Positions 1-10,566 of a stretch of 48,041 bases of DNA are shown piece after piece. The stretch is from Methanotrichaceae archaeon (GTDB lineage: Archaea > Halobacteriota > Methanosarcinia > Methanotrichales > Methanotrichaceae). The stretch lies in the NCBI GenBank assembly GCA_963803145.1, contig CAWDLW010000038.1, positions 1 to 48,041 on the forward strand, given 5' to 3'. A program made the position numbers and the translations under genes. Every line of letters begins with the position of its first letter. Within the stretch, counting starts at the first letter, position 1. The notes under the pieces were generated by a model, which was not told where the DNA came from, did not search any database, and saw only the letters and a program-made list of their open reading frames with translations.

Positions 1-462
1 ACTTTAACCGAATATTTCAGATCACCCATCTTTTTTGCCGTGGTTCTGGGCCTGATCGTCGCTCCTTTTCGGATTTCTTCAGATAACATGTTCGTTGCCC
101 CATTCTACGAAGCCTTGAGCATCATCGGAAGCGCTGTGGCAGTGCTGGCCTGCCTAATTCTCGGACTTCAGCTCAAGCGGAAGTCGCTGAAGGGGATCTG
201 GATAATATTCGTAGTCTCGGTAATCATCCAGAGTGGACTGCAGCCGTGGCTTGCTCATGTCCAGGCTGGCCTTTTCCAGCTCGGTGCCGAACAGACTCAG
301 GTGCTCACGCTTATCAGCTTGATGCCCTCGGCTGTCTTGGGATCGGTCTTTGCTACCCAGTACAAATGTGCAAGCGATACTGCTTCGGCGCTCATCATGA
401 TGAACGTACTTCTCGCAATAGTCCTGGTCCCCCTCACATTTGCGGTGATTAACACGACATGA
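1..462 (+). CDS. AEC (auxin efflux carrier)/malate permease-like membrane transporter, C-terminal part, 5'-truncated by the window
   Basis: Hydrophobic helices; AEC-like motifs SPIFFAVVLG, LMPSAV and TASALIMMNVLLAIVLVP; frame open from base 1. Confidence 0.7.
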   Translation, partial: TLTEYFRSPIFFAVVLGLIVAPFRISSDNMFVAPFYEALSIIGSAVAVLACLILGLQLKRKSLKGIWIIFVVSVIIQSGLQPWLAHVQAGLFQLGAEQTQVLTLISLMPSAVLGSVFATQYKCASDTASALIMMNVLLAIVLVPLTFAVINTT

Positions 463-693
463 ATACAGTCGATCCTACAAATCCTGCTCCGATAATTTCG
501 ACTTGTTCATCCATAGATTTCGTTATTCCTCGAAATATTAGGGGGATCTGTTGCATTTAGCCGGATTTAAAGTCTCTTTCTCCAGCTCATTTCTCAATTA
601 ATATGACACCGATATTATAAGAGAGTTCCGGCAAGTGCCTAAGTCCTATATACCAATATTGGCATAAGATATCTAAAATTAGGAGGCATAGTA

Positions 694-1059
694 ATGGCTA
701 AAATATTTTTCTTGCCCGTTGTAGTTGCAGTTCTTCTGGGCACCACGTTGGCAGCAGATCTTACCGGTGATTGGAAAGCCAGCACAGGTGAGCACATCTA
801 TATTAGACAAATCAATAATACCGTCTGGTATTACGGAGAATCATCTGCAAAGAATGAGAATTGGACCAGTGTAGGCTATGGCACTCTGCAGGGCAACACA
901 GTGAAGCTGAACTGGACTGATGTTCCCAAAGGTAATGCAAGTTTGATGGGCACCCTCGTACTGAATGTCACCTCAGACAAAGAGTTACAAGTGATAAACC
1001 AGACAGGTGGCTGGAGTAGCAAGGGAACTAAGTTGATGAAGATTACCAGTGGATTTTGA
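694..1059 (+). CDS. Small secreted hypothetical protein, beta-rich
   Basis: GGAGG RBS upstream; signal peptide MAKIFFLPVVVAVLLGTTLA; DLTGDW motif. Confidence 0.75.
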   Translation: MAKIFFLPVVVAVLLGTTLAADLTGDWKASTGEHIYIRQINNTVWYYGESSAKNENWTSVGYGTLQGNTVKLNWTDVPKGNASLMGTLVLNVTSDKELQVINQTGGWSSKGTKLMKITSGF

Positions 1060-1204
1060 TCGCCTACAGTATATGCACCTATAAACTAAATCATTTTTTG
1101 CTACTAAGCGATAGGTTTTAGATATCTCTACTCACACGAATGGGAAAAGAGATAGGAAGATTGTCAAGGAGCATGCAGGTTATACATACCAAAGAGAGGT
1201 AGGA

Positions 1205-3631
1205 TCAACCTGTATACCCCAGCTCCTTGGCCTTGGCGAAGGCTGCATCAGCCTCAGTAGTTTTACCCATCGCCTTGAGAACGTTACCTTTACCGTTCCA
1301 TGCATCAGCTAACTTCGGATCAAGCTCAATAGATTTATTGTACGCCGTAAGGGCCTCCTTATACTCTTTCAGGTAAAGCAAAGTTTCTCCCTTATTATCC
1401 CATGCATCTGCAAAGTTGGGATTAATCTCGATAGACTTATTGAAAGCCTGAATACTCTCATTATACTTGCCTTGATTATAGAGAGCAGCACCTTTGTTGT
1501 CCCAGGCAAGAGCATTTTGTGGATTTATCTCTATGGCCTTATCAAAAGCTTGAATGGACTCGTTGTACTTGCCCTGAGCATATAGAGCAGCGCCTTTGTT
1601 ATCCCATGCTTGTGTGTATTGCGGATTGATCTCAATTGCCTTGTCAACGCATTGGATTGCTTCATCATATTTGCCCAAATCTTCACTGAGAACAGTGCCT
1701 TTGCCGAACCAAGCATCTGCAAATTGTGGATTTATTTCTATGGCTTTGTCATATGCTTGAATGGATTCATTATACTTGCCTTGTTGCATGAGTGCGATGC
1801 CTTTATTGTTCCATGCCTCTGCATATGATGAATTTAGCTCAATTGCTTTGTCATATGCTTGGATGGATTCATTATACTTGCCTTGTTGCATAAGTGAGTA
1901 GCCCTTGTTGTTCCAGGCATCTTCATATTGTGGATTCAGCTCTATCGCCTGATCAAAAGCTTGAATTGACTCATCATACTTGCCTTGTTGGCCAAAAACA
2001 ACGCCTCTGTTATCCCAGGCTACTGCATCCCGTGGATTGAGCTCAATTGCCTTATCAAAAGCTGGGATAGATTCGTTAAATCTGCCCTGTGATATGAGTG
2101 CAATGCCTTTGTTTAACCAGGCTGCTTCATATTGAGGATTGATCTCGATAGTCTTGTTGTACGCTTGAATGGACTCATCGTACTTGCATTGCGTCGTGAG
2201 AACAAGGCCTTTAAAATACCATGCATTTGCATATTGTGGATTGATCTCTATGGCCTTACCCAAGTCGATAATAGACTCATTATACTTGCATTGGCCGGTT
2301 AGAGCTACGCCTCTGTAGGCCCAGGCGACTGCATCTCGTGGATTGAGCTCAATTGCCTTATCAAAAACTGGGATAGATTCATTAAATCTGCCCTGTGATA
2401 TGAGTGCAATGCCTTTGTTTAACCAGGCTGCTTCATATTGAGGATTGATCTCGATAGTCTTGTTGTACGCTTGAATGGCCTCATCGTACTCGCCCTGCGC
2501 CGTGAGAGCAAGGCCTTTTCCATCCCAGGCCGTTGCATATTGTGGATCTAGCTCAATAACCTTATCATAGGCCTGGATGGATTCATCGTATTTGCCTAGG
2601 CTATTGAGAGTATTACCTTTGTTATACCATGTATTAGCATATTGTGGATTAAGCTCAATTGCCTTATCATAAGCCTGAATGGAGTCGTTATATTTGCCTT
2701 CATTGTAGAGGGCTAGGCCTTTGTTGTTCCATGCCAATGCATATTTCGGATTGATCTCTATGGTCTTATCGTATGCCTGAATCGATTCATTGTATTTGCC
2801 TTGTTTTAATAGAGCATTGCCCTTGTTGTTCCAGGCAAATGCATATTGTGGGTCTAGCTCAATAGCCTTATCATAAGCTTGAATTGACTCATTGTATTTG
2901 CCCTGACTATAGAGAGCAAGCCCTTTGTCATTCCAGACATCTGCATCGTTTAGATTAAGCTCAATAGCTTTGTCATAGGATTGAATAGACTCATTATATT
3001 TGCCCTGTGCCCTGAGAGCTTCGCCTTTGACAAGCCAGGCAACTGCATCTTTTTGATTAAGCTGTACGGCTTCATCACAAGCCAAGATGGCTTCATCATA
3101 CTTGCCCTCGTCATCGAGAGCAGCGCCTTTGTTATCCCATGCATCAACTAACTGAGGATTAAGTTCAATAGCCTTATCATAAGCTTGAATTGACTCATTG
3201 TACTTGCCCTGTGCTGCGAGAGCTAATCCTTTTTTATTCCAAGCCAGTTCATTATTGGGATCTAGCTCAATAGCTTTGTTATAGGCTTGAATGGATTCAT
3301 TGTACTTGCTCTGTTCTACGAGATCTACGCCTTTGTAGGCCCAGGCTGCTGCATCCCGGGGATTAAGCTCAATTGCCTTATCGAAAGCTTGGATTGATTC
3401 ATTATATTTGCTCTGAAACGTGAGCGCCAGGCCTTTGCTATCCCAGGCTGCTGTTAATTTTGGATTTAGATCAATAGCTTTGTCACTGGCCTGAATAGCC
3501 TCATCATACTTGCCTTGCTCAACCAAATCAACGCTCTTATTAACCCAATCAGCGGCTGTTTGCTGCCCCGAAGCTGATATAAAATATGCCATGAGTATCA
3601 GCCCTAGAACTGATATCGCCTTCACTTTCAT
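1205..3631 (-). CDS. Secreted tetratricopeptide-repeat protein (about 22 TPRs)
   Basis: Signal peptide, then 34-aa repeats AWxNKGxALxxQGKYxESIQAYDKAIExNP; C-terminal AFAKAKELGY. Confidence 0.95.
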   Translation of the reverse strand: MKVKAISVLGLILMAYFISASGQQTAADWVNKSVDLVEQGKYDEAIQASDKAIDLNPKLTAAWDSKGLALTFQSKYNESIQAFDKAIELNPRDAAAWAYKGVDLVEQSKYNESIQAYNKAIELDPNNELAWNKKGLALAAQGKYNESIQAYDKAIELNPQLVDAWDNKGAALDDEGKYDEAILACDEAVQLNQKDAVAWLVKGEALRAQGKYNESIQSYDKAIELNLNDADVWNDKGLALYSQGKYNESIQAYDKAIELDPQYAFAWNNKGNALLKQGKYNESIQAYDKTIEINPKYALAWNNKGLALYNEGKYNDSIQAYDKAIELNPQYANTWYNKGNTLNSLGKYDESIQAYDKVIELDPQYATAWDGKGLALTAQGEYDEAIQAYNKTIEINPQYEAAWLNKGIALISQGRFNESIPVFDKAIELNPRDAVAWAYRGVALTGQCKYNESIIDLGKAIEINPQYANAWYFKGLVLTTQCKYDESIQAYNKTIEINPQYEAAWLNKGIALISQGRFNESIPAFDKAIELNPRDAVAWDNRGVVFGQQGKYDESIQAFDQAIELNPQYEDAWNNKGYSLMQQGKYNESIQAYDKAIELNSSYAEAWNNKGIALMQQGKYNESIQAYDKAIEINPQFADAWFGKGTVLSEDLGKYDEAIQCVDKAIEINPQYTQAWDNKGAALYAQGKYNESIQAFDKAIEINPQNALAWDNKGAALYNQGKYNESIQAFNKSIEINPNFADAWDNKGETLLYLKEYKEALTAYNKSIELDPKLADAWNGKGNVLKAMGKTTEADAAFAKAKELGYTG

Positions 3632-4107
3632 CGATAATGCCCAGTAGCGGTTATCTACGTTTTACAATGATAAATGCTTTGAAATGCAAGGTGCGAGAAT
3701 ATCATTTCACGCGCGTAATCCAATGAAAGCTTGAAACTTCTGATTACAATGGTATTCAGAAATTAATCCGTTCGCGAAGAAGATAGTTCCATAAATGGTA
3801 GTGCGAGAGCCTTATTTCCTCGCACATTCCTTGGCCCTGCATCTTAGTGATATTGGTCTAAGCACTGATCAATTAACCCTAAATATCACCAGTACCAAAA
3901 GTACGGGTCAATGCCCAGAGCATGCGAGCTTTGTAGGCAGATTCTTTCCAGGGTTCCCTTTCTTTATGCATACCAATGACAAACCGCTAGGTGAACCTCT
4001 GAAAGGCACAGTATCTTTCCTCCTACCGTCTCCCCTCGAGGGAGACACTAGATAGCCAGGAGGTTCCTCTTAACTCACCACAGGTTGATCCCTTCACCCG
4101 TTTATTA

Positions 4108-5190
4108 TAGTCATTCTCCCAACTTTTTACCTTATAAACTGCTTTATCCAAGACTTAGAGTATCCATCTTTATTGGAATAAAATATTTGTAAAGCGCAAT
4201 CTTGGGCATCCTCAATAGCTTCATCAAAATCAGTATATTTTGATATCTCTCTTTTAAAATCCTTCCAACCGAACTCTATAGGATTTAAATCAGGGGAATA
4301 TGGCACGTTATATATTAAATGGATATCAAGTTCGTGGGCTAATGCCCTAAACTTCTTAGCTAGATGTATTCTAGCATTATCTAGGACAATACATATTGGT
4401 CTCATAATATTGTTACTTCTCAATTTTTGGGCGAAGATCATTAAATCTTCTTTCTTGGATGAGTGAGAGACCATAACTTCATCATTTCCATTCAATGCAA
4501 TGAACCCAAAAACAGTTCTAGACCTAACTTTTCCAGGTTGATAATTTAGCATATGGGTGTTTAAAACCCTGCGTGTATTAGGTCGCTGTTGCAAAGAGCT
4601 TTCATCAAGGAATCCAATAATAGGTTCTTTGACTGTTGTTATTACTGAATCTATCCTTTTTTTAGAAAACTTTCTGCATTAACAGGCCTCTTATTATTTC
4701 TAATATATGGTTTACCATATTTGACTTTCTTTATTGATCTTAAAATCTTCCAACCACCTTTATACGAATATTCTACGCCTCTTGTGTCTTTTGCATATTT
4801 TATTACCTCTTTTATAGTCATTCCTTTGTCCTCAATCTCTTCGATAATTTTATCCCATTCATCAAAAGATATCATTGGTTCTTTGCCGTTTCTATTCTGT
4901 GGTATCAATCCATCATATCCTTGTTTGTTCCAATCGCTTAGCCAATTCTTTATTGTCTTTTCACTTCGTTTAAGAATATCAGCTACTATATATACATTCT
5001 TTCCTTCGTATAAATGTATTATCGCTAGTAGCCGTTCTTTAATTCTTATGTTTCTCTCATCTTTATACAATTGATCTAATTCTACCTTCGAGATATGTCT
5101 TACAATTACAGGTTTCCTGCCCATGAACGGCTATATCGTATATTAATTATTTAAGGGTATCTATGAGGTAAAAATTACGTGGATTAACTA
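4108..5190 (-). mobile_element. IS630-family insertion sequence
   Basis: TA duplications at 4106-4107 and 5191-5192; imperfect terminal inverted repeats (tatagtcattctcccaacttttta vs reverse complement tatagttaatccacgtaattttta); two-ORF transposase inside. Confidence 0.9.
4127..5124 (-). CDS. IS630 transposase: HTH orfA (4651-5124) plus DDE orfB, joined by a -1 frameshift
   Basis: orfA ends FLKKG* at A-AAA-AAG (T7 run, 4657-4663 on +); the -1 frame continues RIDSVITTVKEPIIGFLDES...LDNARIH...PYSPDLNPIE (DDE motifs). Confidence 0.9.
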
Positions 5191-5288
5191 TACATCCACG
5201 ACTCGCAGGGTGCTACCCCCACCTGTGGACATTGCTACTCTATTTTCAGATAGCCTCCTGGCCTAGATTTGTGCCCCAGACAAGGGGC

Positions 5289-5541
5289 ATGGTGAGGTGA
5301 CCTGCTGCAGTTGTGGGCTGCGGCTGGAATCGGCGCAGATGTCCAGACAACCGAGGAGACAGATAATCAATCAACCGCCTGTTAAATCCTCATGTGAACC
5401 GTCCCGGAGGGCGTTAGCCCGTCGCGGCGACTGAGCGACGCCCCGTAAACAGCTAGCGCGGGAGCGAAGCGACTCGCGGGCACTCCGAAATTAGAGCGCT
5501 GTAAAGTTGACTAAGACTTGACTTATGGACAGATAGTAAAG
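5289..5541. repeat. About 250-bp GC-rich direct repeat, copy A (hairpin repeat family)
   Basis: Closely similar to 6355-6608; contains AGCCCGTCGCGGCGACTGAGCGACGC and GAGCGAAGCGACTC. Confidence 0.9.
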
Positions 5542-5674
5542 TTTGATCCTGGGTTCCGCGACATTTTTTGAATAGCCTGTTAAAATGCCACCGAACTTTC
5601 CCAGCGACATTTAAATCCTTTCGATGTGCATAGGGTCTTGATGTTTGCGGAGCCACTCGCAATTGAGGTGAAGA

Positions 5675-6139
5675 GTGAAGATTAAAATAACAATCATTGG
5701 ACCCAACGTTCATGATGTGGGCTACAGGCCATTTCTGATTGCGTTAGCTGGTGATTGTGGTATTAGCAAATTTGGGGTAAGAAACATCAGAAAGGATGGT
5801 GAGCAATCGGTTGTGGCAATAGTAGATGCTGAAGAGGCCCAAATTGAGGGTCTCATGGACTTGGTGGGATCAAACAAGCCAGAAGGTGCAGAGGTCACAG
5901 GTATTGATAGTGAATTATATGCCGGGGAAGTGCCCTCGATAATGGAAACTTCAATTGTAAACATGAACGCACAGTTAGCTAAGGGTATCAAACGTCTGGA
6001 TGAGCTACCAGGGATAAAAGCAAACACTGGTGCTATCCTAGAAGAGATTAAGGGTGTGAAAGAGGAGCTGCAGCCTGGACTAACTCAGCAGATGCGAAGG
6101 GATATCGCTGCTATAAAAGAGCGTTTGGGGATGCCATAG
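5675..6139 (+). CDS. Acylphosphatase-like protein with C-terminal coiled coil
   Basis: KITIIGPNVHDVGYRPFL resembles the acylphosphatase GxVQGVGFR motif; heptad-like tail; GAGGTG RBS. Confidence 0.75.
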   Translation: MKIKITIIGPNVHDVGYRPFLIALAGDCGISKFGVRNIRKDGEQSVVAIVDAEEAQIEGLMDLVGSNKPEGAEVTGIDSELYAGEVPSIMETSIVNMNAQLAKGIKRLDELPGIKANTGAILEEIKGVKEELQPGLTQQMRRDIAAIKERLGMP

Positions 6140-6141
6140 AC

Positions 6142-6332
6142 TGGACTGAACCCCTGATAGTTGACAGGTAGTTAAGCAATAATATTTAAAGCGGCCTACA
6201 TTTCAAACTGATCAGGCGATTTATATTCCAGAGCTGAATGCAGTCTCTTCTTGCAGTAGACCTTCTCGATAAAATGCCGTATGTTTCTGAGGGCATCTTC
6301 AAATGTTTCGTACACATATAGGTAAACCTGAG
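6142..6332 (-). pseudogene. IS3-family remnant: transposase C-terminus plus right end
   Basis: VYLYVYETFEDALRNIRHFIEKVYCKKRLHSALEYKSPDQFE matches the IS3 integrase C-terminus; terminus TGGACTGAACCCC at 6142. Confidence 0.8.
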
Positions 6333-6354
6333 GTGGTGCCGCTCTCAAGGCACG

Positions 6355-6608
6355 ATGGTGAGGTGAATCAGCAGTATTGTGGGTGGTACGGCTGGAACCG
6401 GCGCAGATGTCCAGACAACCGAGGAGACAGGCAATCAATCGACCGCCTGTTACCTCCTCATGTGAACCGTCCCGGAGGGCGTTAGCCCGTCGCGGCGATT
6501 GAGCGACGCCCCGCAACAGCTCGCGCGGGAGCGAAGCGACTCGCGGGCACTCCGGAATTAGAGCGGCGTAAAGTTGACTAAAGCGCGGCTTATGGACAGA
6601 TGGTAAAG
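6355..6608. repeat. About 250-bp GC-rich direct repeat, copy B
   Basis: Closely similar to 5289-5541. Confidence 0.9.
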
Positions 6609-6815
6609 AATGACGGTTCTTCAAGAAGCGGCTGAGCGAACGCAGGAATAACCACCTGGAACTTCGCGGCTTTGCATGAAATGAGGGGGCTAGCGAGAAG
6701 ACGCGAAGGGCGCGAAGGAAGAAGCGGGATAAGTCAACTCAATTTGGGTAAACCACCCACATTATTACTTCGATAACAAAAGGATTATATCAGCATTCCT
6801 GAGATAAAGTGCCCG

Positions 6816-7730
6816 ATGGATCGCAAGCTTTTGATGAAGGGCAAGGTAAAGGAGGCATATGATCTTGGTGATCGCCTCGAGTTCAGGTTTACGGATAACA
6901 TCTCAGTCTTCGATAAGGTCATTCCAAGCCTGATACCTCATAAGGGTGAGACGCTCTGCCGGGAGGGCATGTACTGGTTCGCGCGAGCTGGCCGGATGGG
7001 AATAAAAACACACTTCTTGGAGTATATTCCGCCAAATGGAATGTCTGTGAAAAAAGTGGATATTATTCAGCCTGAAAATATCACAAGCCAATCGAAACGC
7101 TACCTCATACCTCTTGAGTTCATCTGCCGCTGGTACGTAGCAGGCTCTCTTTATGACCGCATACAGAATGGAAAAGTTTTGGCCGCGTCATTGGGCTTCC
7201 CCTCAGGGCATAAGATCATTTACGGCGAGCCTCTGCCAGAACCTTTCATAGAGGTCTCGACTAAGCTTGAGAAGACAGATAGATTGCTGGATAAGGCTGA
7301 GGCTCTTCGGATCTCAGGGCTTTCAACAGAAGAGTTCGATGCTGCAAAGGATATAGTGCTCAGGATAGATGAGGATATCAACAAAAACGTTGAAAACCGC
7401 GGTCTAATTCACGTTGATGGCAAGAAAGAGCTGGCCTTTGATGAGGACAGGAACATCATGATCGTGGATGTTTATGGCACCGCTGATGAGGACCGTTTCT
7501 GGGACAAGGCAAAATACGATAATGGGGAGTTCGTAGATCTGAGCAAAGAGTTCGTTCGCCAATATTATCGCAAGATTGGCTATAAAGACCAGCTTTATAA
7601 CGCAAGGGATATGGGTGCAAAGGAGCCTCCGATACCAGCATTACCTCAAGAGATCATTGACCAGACAAGTACGATTTATCTAAAGCTCTTTGAGATGATC
7701 ACAGGAGAAAAATATAAGCCTGCGACATGA
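6816..7730 (+). CDS. purC: SAICAR synthetase
   Basis: KGKVKEAY, TDNISVFD, IPLEFICR, VDGKKE, DEDRFW and DLSKEFVR motifs. Confidence 0.95.
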   Translation: MDRKLLMKGKVKEAYDLGDRLEFRFTDNISVFDKVIPSLIPHKGETLCREGMYWFARAGRMGIKTHFLEYIPPNGMSVKKVDIIQPENITSQSKRYLIPLEFICRWYVAGSLYDRIQNGKVLAASLGFPSGHKIIYGEPLPEPFIEVSTKLEKTDRLLDKAEALRISGLSTEEFDAAKDIVLRIDEDINKNVENRGLIHVDGKKELAFDEDRNIMIVDVYGTADEDRFWDKAKYDNGEFVDLSKEFVRQYYRKIGYKDQLYNARDMGAKEPPIPALPQEIIDQTSTIYLKLFEMITGEKYKPAT

Positions 7731-8171
7731 TTTGAGCACAAATGGCCATTTGTTCGACCGAATATCGCAAATCCCCTTGCCCGCTCTGGAAACTGGAGGG
7801 CCAATCGGATATCCCAGTTCGCGAAGGACTCATACTCCTCATGGCGGATAGTAGGGCTATGAAGCTACTGGCGCGGATAATAATATAGCTACCAGGAAAG
7901 AGATTAGAGGACTCAATTTTAAATCCAAGACAGATGCTGCAACACTCTTCATCAATTTCAATAAGTCAGTGATCATAACTTTGCTTGCCGATGCCAGAAA
8001 CACCGATAAGATGCCTGCAGTTCCGATATCGGCTTAGCTTCGGCCTATTCGGGTTCGAGAGACTTATAGAAACGCCCGACAAAAATCTTCATAAAGGCTG
8101 GGTATAACCTACTAGAGCAGGAATAACCTAGAGAAATCACGTATTCAAAATTATGATCCGGAGAAGATATA

Positions 8172-9131
8172 ATGAAGAGATTATTGCTAGTTCTGGCGCT
8201 TATTGTAGTTGTAGCCCTCTCAGGCTGCCTGCAGAATCAGGGGCAGGGGGGACAGCCAAACGAGAGTACGATCAAGACCTCAATGATAAAAGCAGCTGAT
8301 AACCTAAGTTCGTATAACTTTACGGCCGCTCATAACCAAACCGATATCATCAATGAGTACGGAAATAATAATGCTGCCAATATGACAGTACGTTCTGCCA
8401 TCTCCAGTGTCTCGGCCTCAATAGATCTTGCAAACCACAGAGCAAGGGCTGATTTAATCACAGTGACATCTTTGAAAACGCCAGGAGAGGCAGCAACGAT
8501 ATCCTCCTCCAATGGCACTCAATACAACATAGGCAATATAACTTATACAAAAATGAACGGAGAGAATTGGACTCAGCTCAAAGACCCAACACAGGAGAGC
8601 GTGCTATGGGCATCCGGCCGCTATAATGCCCTTAAGTCCAGGGCTGAATCTATCAACGAATCTCAGATCAGTATTCTTGGATCTGAAGTTGTGGACGGAA
8701 AGGATTGCTACAAGCTGAACCTGGTCACGAATGATACCGTTTACAATCAGACGTTGCGTAATGCTGTGGACTCTGTCGTATTCCCATTCATCGCCAACTT
8801 GAATATGACTGATCTTAAAAAGAACAGTCAGCTTGAAGCTCTGGCCTGGGTAGAGAAGGACAACAGCCTCGTAAGGAGATATGAGTACCATCTAAGTCTC
8901 AGTGCAATCCCAGAGCTCGTTGGAGCCATTAACCTCAGCAACAATCAGATAATGATGTTCAACCAATCAATACAGCAATCTATAAAGCCCGTTGTGATAT
9001 CTATAGATGTCAACAACCTGGAGCATTACTATGACATCAACCAGCCCATGAACATAGCTCCACCTATTGAGGCACTGAACACAATGCCGATTGTTCCAGT
9101 TATGATACAAAACAGTTCGGGACAAGTATAG
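8172..9131 (+). CDS. Putative lipoprotein (LolA/LppX-like fold possible)
   Basis: Lipobox ALSGC; GSEVVDGKDCYKL motif; N-glycosylation sequons. Confidence 0.75.
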   Translation: MKRLLLVLALIVVVALSGCLQNQGQGGQPNESTIKTSMIKAADNLSSYNFTAAHNQTDIINEYGNNNAANMTVRSAISSVSASIDLANHRARADLITVTSLKTPGEAATISSSNGTQYNIGNITYTKMNGENWTQLKDPTQESVLWASGRYNALKSRAESINESQISILGSEVVDGKDCYKLNLVTNDTVYNQTLRNAVDSVVFPFIANLNMTDLKKNSQLEALAWVEKDNSLVRRYEYHLSLSAIPELVGAINLSNNQIMMFNQSIQQSIKPVVISIDVNNLEHYYDINQPMNIAPPIEALNTMPIVPVMIQNSSGQV

Positions 9132-9138
9132 GTTAAAT

Positions 9139-9594
9139 ATGGAGGGATCATTGGAGCGTCTTCTCCTTCGTGAGAAGCCTTCGAGAGCGCTCCTGGCAAT
9201 TGGGGAGATGGATCAGGCTTATGCTGCAATGGTGGCAAAGCAAATCGATTCCACCTTCCCTCATACCTCCTCAATTCTTTCTCAGCTTGAGGAGTGCGGT
9301 CTCATAAAATCCAGGCCTGTGGGAAGGGTCAGGTATCTTGAGCTGACTGAGCGGGGCAAAAAGGTGGCTCATACCCTCAAGAATCTGATTCAGCTTCTAA
9401 GTGAGCCTGGAGCGCAATGGATGCGTATGGATGTGATCAGGCAGGCTATAAACTTGGGTCACGGCCAAGACTCTGCCCTGAAGCTTGGACCGCTTAGAAG
9501 AGATCTCGCAAAATTCAAGTTTTCAGAAGATACAGGACTTGTCAAGGTTGCTGATGAGCTTGATAAACAAATCCTCTCTGCCATTAAAAGATAG
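9139..9594 (+). CDS. Winged-helix (MarR-like) transcriptional regulator
   Basis: YAAMVAKQIDSTFPHTSSILSQLEECGLIKS...GRVRYLELTERG. Confidence 0.85.
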   Translation: MEGSLERLLLREKPSRALLAIGEMDQAYAAMVAKQIDSTFPHTSSILSQLEECGLIKSRPVGRVRYLELTERGKKVAHTLKNLIQLLSEPGAQWMRMDVIRQAINLGHGQDSALKLGPLRRDLAKFKFSEDTGLVKVADELDKQILSAIKR

Positions 9595-9798
9595 GTCCTC
9601 GACCATTCTTTATGATGGCATGAATTCCAGCAACAAAACATTCATAATCATCTCTGTTACATATCTTCGAATCATTCTATGGCTATTGAAATAGATAGTA
9701 TGCAACCAGCCTCAGGCATATCTCCATTGAAGGGCTATCTTCCTATCACTTAGAGCTCCATGTAAACTAATAATCAAGCCATTACTCCTTATATGAGA

Positions 9799-10104
9799 TC
9801 ATCTTATGGGCTTTGCTATCCACCATTCGCTGAATCTCATATCTCTGTCGTTGGTCAGGAAATGTCCCTTTATCTCCAGCCTGATCCTATTCTCCCATGG
9901 AATGAGCTTGACTATACAGGACGGCTTAATAGAAAAGTACTCATCTGGATGACTCTTATATTTGGCAAGCTCGGCGATGACTTGCGAGGTTGCCCAAGTT
10001 ATATCACGCTTTGCCCGTCTCCAATCATCATCTGAAAAGTGGATGATGACATCGAGGGGACTCTCTACGCGCTCAGTAGTGCTGTACATAACGATTGCAT
10101 CCAT
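9799..10104 (-). CDS. Hypothetical protein (start probably ATG 10104 rather than 10197)
   Basis: Protein-like composition from MDAIVMY onward; AT-rich promoter-like DNA upstream. Confidence 0.5.
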   Translation of the reverse strand: MDAIVMYSTTERVESPLDVIIHFSDDDWRRAKRDITWATSQVIAELAKYKSHPDEYFSIKPSCIVKLIPWENRIRLEIKGHFLTNDRDMRFSEWWIAKPIR

Positions 10105-10290
10105 AGGTATGAGGATAGATCTGATTGCAGAATAATCTATATGAAATATAATGTAATGTACAGGGATATAAACGTAGAGATTAGACGGAGTATTCATCTA
10201 TAAGATACATAACAGTAATATTACGAAAGTTTTATCAGCATCTATAGGACATATTAGCTATAGGCTGTGTTTTAGCTGGAGGAATAGAAA

Positions 10291-10566
10291 ATACAGCGTC
10301 GGAACAAGCTGGAGATCATCACTTGCATTCTAAAAATTTGCAAAGCAAAAGGCTCTAGTAAGACAAGAATAGTCTACCAGGCTAACCTCAATTTTAGAAA
10401 CGCAGGCATATATTTGGACTGGCTGATGAAGCGTGGATTTATCGAAAGGGATGATAAAATCTACAGGACGACGCCTATGGGACTAGATCTCCTAGCAAAC
10501 CTTACAGATATAGCCTCTATGATCAGTTTAGATTTAGATACCGGTCTACCCAGTGATTCAGAATGA
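10291..10566 (+). CDS. Small archaeal winged-HTH regulator (HTH_45/ArnR1-like) with ATA start; absent from ORF track
   Basis: IQRRNKLEIITCILKICKAKGSSKTRIVYQANLNFRNAGIYLDWLMKRGFIE...YRTTPMG; GGAGG at 10278-10282; in-frame TAG at 10285. Confidence 0.8.
   Translation: MQRRNKLEIITCILKICKAKGSSKTRIVYQANLNFRNAGIYLDWLMKRGFIERDDKIYRTTPMGLDLLANLTDIASMISLDLDTGLPSDSE

Noticed and set aside
3795-4055. 86-aa ORF before IS630
   Set aside because: No RBS or recognisable motif; likely decayed sequence.
5453-5713. 86-aa ORF similar to the 6196-6624 ORF
   Set aside because: The similarity comes only from the non-coding repeat.
5289-6608. CRISPR array, or DGR template/variable repeat pair
   Set aside because: Only two long copies with no regular spacers; no reverse transcriptase; neither copy lies in a target gene.
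6196-6624. 142-aa ORF
   Set aside because: Chimera of repeat copy B read-through and the IS3 transposase tail.
7740-8100. Possible tRNA or small ORF after purC
   Set aside because: No cloverleaf or T-loop consensus; only a short hydrophobic minus-strand frame.
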